This document shows, piece after piece, positions 50,461 to 60,178 of a stretch of DNA of 64,000 bases. Every line of letters starts with the position of its first letter. The first letter of the stretch is position 1. Position numbers and translations under genes: made by a program. The notes under the pieces were generated by a model. The model saw only the letters and a list, made by a program, of their open reading frames with translations, was not told where the DNA came from and did no database searches. The stretch spans positions 584,194 to 648,193 of the forward strand of contig BCKZ01000009.1 in assembly GCA_001600815.1 (NCBI GenBank), read 5' to 3'. Source of the DNA: Alloascoidea hylecoeti (Eukaryota).

Positions 50461-50772
50461 GTATGATCGATTTCAATTTTTCATTGTAAATTTTTTTGTG
50501 GATTTTTTGTTTTTGTTTTTTGTTTTTTAGTTTTTTTTTTTTTTCATTTGAGGGGTTTGGTGTGATTTAATTCATATACATCTAGTCTAAAAGATTCCAT
50601 CTCTCATTATATACGCTTATGATATGAATTTTTAATTAAAAAGAGGAAAAGTATAATGGCATGATATTTTTGATGTTTATTTGTTCTCTTGATTATTTGC
50701 TTCTTTTTGTATGAACAAAATTTTTAAATTTAAATTTTAATTTAAAAGTTAAAGATAATGAAATTAAATTAA

Positions 50773-52821
50773 TTAATCTGATGATTCAACAGGTGTTGTT
50801 GTTGATGATGGAACAAATGAAGTAGCATGAGCAACGTCAAATTTCTTTATCGTGTCATTATTTGAAGATGGTGATGTAATTTGTGAACTTAATGAATTAT
50901 CTTCATCTTTTAAATCATTATTATTATTATTATTATTATTTTGAACTTGCAAACTTGTTTTTTCAATATTATTTGATATACTTGGCATTTCATTATCAAT
51001 AGAAACATCAACAACATCATCATCACGTGATTCTTGTGGCAATATCCAAACATTCCAACCATTTCTCGTCCTTATACCATTACCTTGAATTTCTAAAGTT
51101 GGACACCATTTCAAAGCTTCTTTAAAAAGTTCAAAATCACCACCAGTTAAAGATTTAACTCTATTAAAATTAGCCAAAGTTTCCAATTTTACAAAACCTT
51201 GAGAATTCATTTTTCGTCTTAAATAAACATCTTTACATAGATTTTCAACACTGAAATAATATTCAACTTGTTGTACAATTAATGCAAAATTTTCAGGAAT
51301 TGAAGGTATTGGATAATAAGGTTGGAATTGTGGTGGTTGATTTGTAAAATCCATTGGTAAATGTCCATAATATAGATTTTTGGGATCACTATATATTTGT
51401 TGAGAATGTCTTCTACCATCTTGAGAATATGGAAGATAATGGGTAGGATTATAACCATTTGGTGCAGCACCATTTATTTGATTGTTTCGCTGGGTATGAC
51501 TATGACTGTGATAATGATTATTATAATGATAATTATTATGACCTTGATAATAAACATTTGGGACAGAATTATTATGACGGAAACGTCGACTTTTATAGTT
51601 GTTATTGTTGTTTTGGTAATTTAAATGACCATTTGGTTTAGCATGGCCATTTTCTGCAAGAGCATTTCCATTTCCATTTCCATTTATGATCGGATTTGGA
51701 GTTGGAGTTGAATTTTGATTAGTAATGCTTTGTGTAGCATCAACAGGTACATCTTTCTTGTCAACAATTTCAGAAGATGTTGGAATAGAGGGTAATGATG
51801 ATTGAGGAGAAACTGAACTAGTAGAATCATCTTGTGACTTCAAATCAGAAGTATCTTTTGAGTCCTTAGTTAAAGGTACATCTTTTGTGTTAGAAGTTAC
51901 ATCTTTCTTAGCCTTTGAAATATTTACATCAGTTTCCTTGGCATCAGATTCCTTCTTTTTCTTTTGTTGCTGTGGTTTATTTATTTTCTTATCATCTTTT
52001 ACGTTATTATTTTCTTGGTTTTCTTTTTTTAAGTCTTTTGAACTTGGGTTTTGGTTTTGGTTTTGGTTTGTAGTTGTAGTTGTAGTTGAATTTGATTCTT
52101 TGTCTTTAAAATCACGATGCTTATGATGATGGCGACTTTTCCTCTTTCCACCATTATTCGAATTAGCAAATTTTCCTTTTGTAGAAGGCATAACAATAGC
52201 GGCTTTATAAGGAACCCATTTTTCTTTCCCCCTTGGAGCCTGTGGTTTGGCAGGTAAAGGTTCATTAACGGTTGTTGGTTTAGTGGCAATAGAAGCAACT
52301 TCAGGAGCAGGCCAATGTTTAGAATCTAAAGGTTTTTCACTATTTTTACTAACTGAGGAAGAAGAAGATGGAGTTTCAGACATTGATGTAGAAGAAACTT
52401 GTTCTGTTGGAGGGGTTTGTTTTGAATCAGATGGTGAAGAAGTTATTGGCGAATCGGATTGCGATCTGACTTTCCATGGGTTTACGGAAGGTAAAGGAGC
52501 AGGAGCTAAAATAGCTTTTTCCTTTGAAATTTCCTTTTGATCTTTTTGATTTTCCTTATTTTCTTTATTTTCAGAAGGTGATTTTGAGTCCAAATTTGAA
52601 TTTATATCTTTTTTTGGAGATTTTTTATCATGGGATTTATCATGAGGTAGGTTTTTAGACTTTTTCTTTAAATTTTCAGTTGAAGCAGGACCTTTTGGAG
52701 TTTTTTGGCTATTTTGAGTATTTTGAGTAGTCTCTTTAATAGAAAGCTCAGGTTCAACATCATTTTGAAGAGGGGAAGAAGAAGAACCTGCCGCAGCAGT
52801 TGCGTATGAAACACTCGACAT
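50773..52821 (-). CDS. SRO9: La-motif RNA-binding protein (Sro9/Slf1, LARP1 family)
   Basis: ATG at 52821. LAPAPLPSVNPWK, HWP, GKEKWVPY and La motif QVEYYFSVENLCKDVYLRRKMNSQGFV...FNRVKSL. Confidence 0.82.
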   Translation of the reverse strand: MSSVSYATAAAGSSSSPLQNDVEPELSIKETTQNTQNSQKTPKGPASTENLKKKSKNLPHDKSHDKKSPKKDINSNLDSKSPSENKENKENQKDQKEISKEKAILAPAPLPSVNPWKVRSQSDSPITSSPSDSKQTPPTEQVSSTSMSETPSSSSSVSKNSEKPLDSKHWPAPEVASIATKPTTVNEPLPAKPQAPRGKEKWVPYKAAIVMPSTKGKFANSNNGGKRKSRHHHKHRDFKDKESNSTTTTTTNQNQNQNPSSKDLKKENQENNNVKDDKKINKPQQQKKKKESDAKETDVNISKAKKDVTSNTKDVPLTKDSKDTSDLKSQDDSTSSVSPQSSLPSIPTSSEIVDKKDVPVDATQSITNQNSTPTPNPIINGNGNGNALAENGHAKPNGHLNYQNNNNNYKSRRFRHNNSVPNVYYQGHNNYHYNNHYHSHSHTQRNNQINGAAPNGYNPTHYLPYSQDGRRHSQQIYSDPKNLYYGHLPMDFTNQPPQFQPYYPIPSIPENFALIVQQVEYYFSVENLCKDVYLRRKMNSQGFVKLETLANFNRVKSLTGGDFELFKEALKWCPTLEIQGNGIRTRNGWNVWILPQESRDDDVVDVSIDNEMPSISNNIEKTSLQVQNNNNNNNNDLKDEDNSLSSQITSPSSNNDTIKKFDVAHATSFVPSSTTTPVESSD

Positions 52822-53079
52822 TATCTGCAGAGAAGTAAGAAAATGGGGATTTTTTTTTTCGGTGGACAACAATGGATCAGCGAAAAAGGCTAGTTGTTGG
52901 GGAAAAGGAGCAGCAGCTGGAAAAATCGACAGACACAAGAAACAGTAAAAGTAAACGGATCCGAAAAGAGCAAAACAGGCGAAATTCAGAAGAAACTAAA
53001 TCGCGAAATACTCGAAGTTTGGTTGGCGGGTGCTGAAAGAAAAACTGATTGGTGAAAAGTGGAAAAATTGAATGTATGC

Positions 53080-53242
53080 GGGGCCGGGTAACCGCGCCCG
53101 GCTTACGTCAGCAGCCCAAAATGTGACTGCCATTGCTGTGCCCACATCTACGCCCGCGCCTATGCACACCTCATACCGTGCACCCACACGCCCCCACACA
53201 CACACCCGCACACCCGGGGATCGGCCTCGGTTACCCGGCCCC
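53080..53242. promoter_or_regulatory. GC-rich divergent promoter core bracketed by a 15-bp inverted repeat containing Reb1 sites
   Basis: GGGGCCGGGTAACCG (53080-53094) and CGGTTACCCGGCCCC (53228-53242); interior TTACGTCA, TGTGACTG, TGCACCC and ACACCCGCACACC. Confidence 0.75.
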
Positions 53243-53289
53243 CCGTCTGCACTTATAAAGTAAGAGTCATCGTCTGGAAACATGAAGAT

Positions 53290-55164
53290 ATGAAGATTTC
53301 TGAAAAACTCCTCCAGGCCCACAAGGGTTTCTGCCATGCCCCTGACAATGACGTTTATGACCTGCCAACCTTCTCCTTCGAGTTTTTCCCTCCCAAAACT
53401 TCCCAGGGTGTGCAGAACTTGTACGATAGAATTGATAGAATGTACTCCTTGGGCCCTCTTTTCATCGATATCACCTGGAACGCAGGAGGAAGAATGTCAA
53501 ACCTCACAACCGAAATAGTAAATACAACACAGTCCGTTATTGGCATTGATACTTGTATGCATTTAACTTGTACGAAAATGCCTTTGAAAAGTATTGATGA
53601 TGCTCTACAGAAAGCATATCAAGCTGGTTGCATGAATATTTTAGCGTTAAGAGGTGATCCTCCAATTCAAAATGGTACTTGGGAACAGATAGATGGTGGT
53701 TTCAACTATGCAACTGATTTAATTAAATATATCAGAAAAAAATATGGAAGCTATTTTAATATTGGTGTTGCTGGGTACCCTGAAGGTCATCCTGAAGAAT
53801 CAAATGTTGATGTATTAATTGATCATTTAAAATTAAAAGTTGATGCAGGCGCTGATTTTATTGTTACCCAAATGTTTTATGATGCTGAAAATTTCATTGA
53901 TTGGTGTAAAAAATGTCAAAATGTTGGTATAAATATTCCAATTATTCCTGGAATTATGCCAATTTCAACCTATGCTTCATTTATGAGAAGAGCAAAATGG
54001 TGTGAAATTAAAATCCCTGATCAATGGTATGAAAAATTAGATCCAATAAAAGATGATGATATGAAAGTACGACAATTAGGTACTGAATTAGTTGGTGAAA
54101 TGTGTAGGAAAATCATTTATGCAAAATGTGGGGTTAATCATTTACATTTTTATACCATGAATTTGGAAAAATCAGTAATGATGCTAATTGATAATTTAGA
54201 ATCAAATTGGCCAAAGAAATCTTCTCAAATTGATACAATTAATTCAAATTCTAATATTGATTTACCATGGCGTCAATCTCTTGCTTTAAATAGACAAAAT
54301 GAAACTGTTCGTCCAATATTTTGGAAAAATAGAAAATTTTCTTATATTTCAAGAACTCAAGATTGGGATGAATTTCCAAATGGTAGATGGGGTGATTCAA
54401 GATCTCCTGCTTTTGGTGAATTAGACTCTCTTGATACTCAAATCTTAATTCGTTTAGGCCCTAAAAAGGCAAGAGAATTATGGTCAATACCAACAACTGT
54501 TACTGAAATTGGTAATATTTTTATAAAATATTTAAAAGGTGAAATTTCTTCTGGTTTACCATGGAGTGATGGTCCAATTACTCCTGAAATTGATTTAATT
54601 AAATCTCAATTAATTGATTTAAATTCTCGTGGTTTATTAACTATTAATTCTCAACCGGCTTTAGATGGTATTAAATCAAATGATAAAAATCATGGTTGGG
54701 GTCCAAATAATGGTTATGTTTATCAAAAAGCTTATCTTGAATTATTTGTTCCCCTTGATATTTTAAAAACTTTAATTGAAAGAATAAATTTATATAATGA
54801 AAAAAATGGTATTGATACAATTACTTATCATGCTGTTAATATTGATGGAAATTTATTAACAAATACTTCAAATGATGGTCCAAATGCTGTAACTTGGGGA
54901 ATTTATCCTGGTCGTGAAGTTTTACAACCAACTGTCGTTGAAAAAATTTCATTTTTAGCTTGGAAAGATGAAGCTTTTAGAATTGGTTTAGAATGGGCAA
55001 ATATGTTACATGATGATAATAATAAAGATTGTACTAATTGTGGTAAGGGGAAAAAATTAATAACTAATATGATGCAAACTTGGTATTTGATTAATGTAGT
55101 TAATAATGATTATAAAAATCCTTTTGGAATTTTTGAATTATTTTCTGGATTACATGTTGAATAA
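53290..55164 (+). CDS. MET13: Methylenetetrahydrofolate reductase
   Basis: MKISEKL, SFEFFPPKTSQGVQNLYDR, CMHLTCT, NILALRGDPP, WDEFPNGRWGDSRSPAFGEL; N-terminus resembles Met13 rather than Met12. Confidence 0.92.
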   Translation: MKISEKLLQAHKGFCHAPDNDVYDLPTFSFEFFPPKTSQGVQNLYDRIDRMYSLGPLFIDITWNAGGRMSNLTTEIVNTTQSVIGIDTCMHLTCTKMPLKSIDDALQKAYQAGCMNILALRGDPPIQNGTWEQIDGGFNYATDLIKYIRKKYGSYFNIGVAGYPEGHPEESNVDVLIDHLKLKVDAGADFIVTQMFYDAENFIDWCKKCQNVGINIPIIPGIMPISTYASFMRRAKWCEIKIPDQWYEKLDPIKDDDMKVRQLGTELVGEMCRKIIYAKCGVNHLHFYTMNLEKSVMMLIDNLESNWPKKSSQIDTINSNSNIDLPWRQSLALNRQNETVRPIFWKNRKFSYISRTQDWDEFPNGRWGDSRSPAFGELDSLDTQILIRLGPKKARELWSIPTTVTEIGNIFIKYLKGEISSGLPWSDGPITPEIDLIKSQLIDLNSRGLLTINSQPALDGIKSNDKNHGWGPNNGYVYQKAYLELFVPLDILKTLIERINLYNEKNGIDTITYHAVNIDGNLLTNTSNDGPNAVTWGIYPGREVLQPTVVEKISFLAWKDEAFRIGLEWANMLHDDNNKDCTNCGKGKKLITNMMQTWYLINVVNNDYKNPFGIFELFSGLHVE

Positions 55165-56469
55165 TCTACCTTTTTTGAAAAAAAAAAATTAATAAAAAAA
55201 AAATTCAGATTAATGTTACATGTTGATTCATGCTTATGTTATTGTTTATGTTTATGCTTTTCTACTTTTTTATTTTGATATTGTTGATTGACATCAACTG
55301 TCTATCTATCTTAATTGTATAATATCAAAAAATGATTTTTCTATCCTTTCTTTCTTTCTTTTTTTTCCTTTTTTCCTTTTTTCCTTTTTGCCGTTCTTTT
55401 GGAATTGGATTTGTTACAAAAAATAATTTTGAATTTCTCATTTTGCTTTCTTCGATTTGTCTTGCCTGGTCAAAACGCTCTTACTACATTTTTTAACTAT
55501 AGATTATTCCTTTTACACTTTTTTTTTTTAAAAATATTTTCTTTATGCCCATCACTGAAAACTCATTATATTAATATTGTATTTCAACAATTACAATCAT
55601 GACATAAAAAAAACCCCCCATTTCACCCTTAAAAAAAAAGTTTTTGATTTGAATAATACATATATACTCATGTTAAATGAAACTTATTTTCTTCAACATT
55701 GATTCATGAATTGTATTTAATATGTATTTAAAAAGAATAACAGGTGTGATAAATGTGTATACAAATTTTAAATGTCATAAAATCTATGAGTATTCATAGA
55801 AACATTATGTAAACATTCTCAACAAGTTTAACGTTAACTTATTTCTTAAACTTACTCCGATAATTTGTTATTCCTAATATTCAGATCTATTAAAATACAT
55901 CATTTACTATGACGTTGATTCGTTAAATTAGTTTCGTATGATTTAATCTCCTTAATTAAGTTAAGTAGTAGCCCCATAAATTATGTGCTCGTTACAGTCA
56001 GGATCAGAAGGATTAACGGAGCGAATAGAGGATCGCCCAAAATTGTGAATCATTTCAAGTTTTCAACCATGGTTCACGGATTTAAAATCGACCAACAAAT
56101 ATAAATTATTGAAAATCTTATAATCTCATAATTATGATAGTTTATTTTTGATAGTTTATTTTGTAAATAATGTTGCAATTGTGGTATGAGCGTTCTTCTA
56201 TAATTTAGCTAATTACCAATATTAAATTGCAACTCCAATCTTAAAAGGCAATTTCAAGCATGCCAAAGCTTAGCAGAAAAACCGCCATATGGGCATAATA
56301 AGATGCCTCTATGTTCATGGAACAGTTCAATGTCTCTTTAATGTAAGCGCCGTAGTGAAGAATGAGAATTGGTGAGATCTATAAATTTGTCTGACCCACT
56401 ACAAAACGTTAAAAAGTTGCTATAAAGTATTATACTCAAAAATTCTTATTCTTATTACAATCACCAAAC

Positions 56470-57310
56470 TTATCTCTGGTAATTGAACATCTTTAAGTTC
56501 GTCCACTTGGTAGATTAGCACGAGAATAATTTCACCGAAAAGAAATGATTCTCTCTGCTTTTAATAAGAAAGAGTTTGTTCATCGATTATTGATTTGGTC
56601 TTAAAATGATTTTACGGATATTTTAACCAACTCTCGTGGGCTGGTTAATGAGTTAATTGTGGAGAGTCCGAAAAACGATATCCATCTTAAAATTTTCAAT
56701 GAAAAGCTCGTCAACGAAGCATAATTGTTTTAAGATTTATCATAAAATGGTAATTGAAAGAGATCCCTTACTTGTCTATCAAAGATACGAGAAAAATGGA
56801 TGCTTATGGATTTTACCACCACTCTCGGACTTGTCAGCTCCGCTTCTTTTTCACTGAAAGCCGAACAAATAACGACATTACCGGTAATTATGTGGGTACT
56901 AATTGGGTGGAAGAAGACTTTCTCAAGAAGGGATTAGACGTATATTAGTTTCTTAATGAAGACGACCTTGTAATTGAGCAATAGTATAAAGCACTGAGTA
57001 CCTTAATGACCGAATGTCATTACCAGTTGGCGTGTATTATTGTGATAAAACAGCTGCACAAGCTTTCAGCTGGGTGAGACAGCGGATATCTAGTATCGTT
57101 TTTTTTAGCCTATAGATAGATCAGCTCATTCTCAACTGGGTTCTATAACGATCAAACACTTCAAATATCGAAAGATCAAAATCAACAAGCCCAATCAGTC
57201 TATAAACATCTGGAAATTGAGATAGCATTAATACAAAAATCTCAATCCATAACTACTTTTCAGCTATGGATAATATTACAATACCACTAATGGCGGAGTG
57301 TGTTATTTAA
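56470..57310 (+). pseudogene. Decayed coding-like sequence of unknown family
   Basis: Follows TATAAA at 56421. Long codon-like stretches (MILSAFNKKEFVHRLLIWS*NDFTDILTNSRGLVNELIVESPKNDIHLKIFNEKLVNEA*; NYVGTNWVEEDFLKKGLDVY*FLNEDDLVIEQ*) broken by stops. Confidence 0.4.
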
Positions 57311-57968
57311 TTATACATCTTGGATTCACTTTTAAAGACAGTCTTTCTACCCGTTATTGTAGATTGAACTAAAATGGATCTCAAACGGTCCTTATATATA
57401 TTCAATTGCAATTATATAATCTCGTGGATTCTTTCCAACTCAATTATCAGTTATAACTGTAACGTAATTAAATTACCTTCCAAAAATTGATGAGAGACTT
57501 GCAATTCTTATGATGGGGACAGTTATAAAATTGATTTTTTTAACTCCGCCCGGCTATAACTATACTATGCACACGTACCCGGTATATGGCTTACTAACAA
57601 CAAAAACTTCTCGATTCTGGTGAAGCTGCATTCATAAGGTTTCTACTAACTTTACTTTTAACCTTTAATTAACCATATGGAGTTTCTTCAACCACAAAAA
57701 TGAGACTAGTTGCTAATCATTGATTCCTAACATAACCTGATCTTCTATTTTAATCATCATAATACTTACCTTCCCATGAATCTCACATCAGAGATATTGG
57801 CAACGTCTACAATACTTCTGAATATACTTAAGTGAGAACGTTATTATCATGGGGAGCTCCAATGTATGCGTGTAAATCTGAGAACAGAGTAGAGTGTGCA
57901 AACCTCCAAAAATTTATAACTTACCAAATTCGCAGTTTCCTTTTTCTAGAAGTAACTTATAAACAACA

Positions 57969-58756
57969 ATGTCTGCTGGTATGTATTGGTACTTTAATCT
58001 CAGGGATAATAAAAAGGGGGGAAACTAACTGTTATCTTGTTTTAGCTGTCGATTTCAATACTCTGGCTGGTATGTTCGCGTCTAGTCTGTCTGGATTGAG
58101 GTTTGAGGATTGTGATCGGTCAATTTTCACTACGTTTTTAATCAAAACGAAGGGACACAAAAAATGGATTGAGTTCTAGGATAGAAACTAACACTAAACT
58201 TCAGAGCAATTCACCAATTTCTATTATCAACAGTTTGATTCCGATAGAACTCAACTTGGAAATCTCTATGTATGTTATTGTTTATCGATCGTCGAAATAA
58301 TAAACATTACTAACATTTTTTTTTCTTTTTTGGTTCTAGAGAGATCAATCAATGCTCACTTTTGAGACTTCCCAAGTCCAAGGTGCAGCAGCCATCGTTG
58401 AGAAATTGACCGTAAGTATCAAGCAATATTTTTTTTGGATACTAAACCCTAATCTAAACAATCCTCTTTCATTTTAGTCCCTACCATTCCAGAAGGTTGG
58501 TCATAGAATCACCACATTGGACGCTCAACCGGCATCACCAAACGGTGATGTTCTTGTTATGGTCACTGGTGATCTTCTCGTAAGTGACAATCAATTAATT
58601 AATCAACTTTCAAAATTAAACACAGAAAACCTAACATACACATAGATCGACGAAGAACAGAACCCTCAGAGATACTCTCAAGTTTTCCATCTTCTCCCCG
58701 ATGGAAACAGTTACTACGTCTTCAATGATATTTTCAGATTAAATTATAGTGGTTAA
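57969..58756 (+). CDS. NTF2: Nuclear transport factor 2, 6 exons (missed by the ORF track)
   Basis: Exons 57969-57978, 58046-58069, 58205-58269, 58340-58411, 58478-58579 and 58646-58756 give [42 protein letters not shown]...[42 protein letters not shown]...[11 protein letters not shown]. Confidence 0.96.
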
Positions 58757-59242
58757 GTTATTCCTATTACTTAAGCTGAATAATATATTGGAATAGATTT
58801 GATGCTTTTTAATTGTGGTCGTATAGTAGTATAATATTCTTTACTTGTTGATAAATGCCACTTTATACTTCATTTATCAACACTAATAACTAATACTTAA
58901 TATATATTGAGACGTGGTGAAGATTATTCATCTTTTTCGTAAAACTATTAACAGGTTGAGTAGATCAAAATTGACAATCACGTCAGTGCTTCCACTTAAT
59001 TATCGGCCAAATGATGGGGTAAATATTCGCTGCATGCGACCTTTTCACTTTAGAATTCTAATCCGTCAATTAAATCAATCTATTTACCATAATTTATTAT
59101 CTGATCACGGTCGATCGGGGTATAATTCCAATTGTGGATCCAAAGACTCAACCTGGGTGAAATATTCATACCAAACTACCAAAAATACACATACAGCTTT
59201 TATCGGAAGTTCTTATTTTTAAATAGTAAGTATGTGTATTTT

Positions 59243-59451
59243 GAATAGAGAATTCAGGATATCAAAATTTTCGTCTATGAGTGAAATATTTAATCTATTA
59301 AGGGTTCTTCTTAGAGTGGCATTCAAGAAAACTTAGTAACTTAAATTTTTACTCGGCAGCTATAAGGCTAACTAGTGTAAGATCTTAAGATATATGGAAC
59401 ACAGAATTCAGGACATCAAGTTTTTGGTCTACAAGTGAAATATTTGATCTA
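59243..59451 (+). repeat. Imperfect 55-bp direct repeat, 2 copies, period 154 bp
   Basis: 59243-59297 versus 59397-59451, 46/55 identical by hand alignment. Confidence 0.85.
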
Positions 59452-60178
59452 CAATAAATTATAACATTGCAGTTTAAAACTATACCCTGTAGAGACTCCT
59501 TATAAAAAAAGAGGTAGCCAAAACTACATAATTAGAATTAAACAAGTTTTAAAAATTAAATTGATCACACGATAATTAGCTATTTGCATTGAGTATCCGT
59601 TACCATTATATATAATTATACTGTGAATAATGCGTTTAATTTCTATAATTTTTTTTTTCTTTTTTTTTTCTTTTTTTTTTCTTTTTTTTTTTCTTTTAAT
59701 GGTTTAATGGTAGTTAGTTTAGTTCATAATTAATTAGTTAGTAAGTGTTTTACGAAGAAGTAACCGTAAAGAAAAATAAATCAAAAAAAAAAAAAGAAGA
59801 ACTAGATTGGTAATAATCAAAAACAATTGAAAGTTATAATCATAAACCATTTTGACAAAAATTATTAAGTAAAAGATACAAAGAAAGAAAAGAAGAGTAA
59901 TAAAAATTTAAAAACCAAAGCCATAGAAGAGAAAAAATAAATAAATAAAGAAGAAGCGCCATATCCAGAGGATAAGAAGAAAGGAATGTTAATGTTAATG
60001 TTTTGTTTTAAAATAAAAAAATAAAAAATAATGATCAAAGGTAAAAAAGGAATCTTTTTTTTATAAACAGTTATTCAAATTAATTAAATTAAATTAAATC
60101 CATGATTTTCTGTATCACGTAATAAACATTTAATTTTAAAATTGAATTTTGGCATTGAAAATTTCAATGTTTATATTA

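Noticed and set aside
52822..53010. 5'-UTR intron or upstream extension of SRO9
   Set aside because: A pyrimidine tract and CAG precede the ATG, but I found no canonical donor or well-placed branch site.
57762..57920. U1 snRNA, suggested by ATACTTACCT
   Set aside because: No GATCA(A/C)GAAG U1-70K loop, no recognisable stem II loop and no suitably placed Sm site; kept only as an unexplained hairpin.
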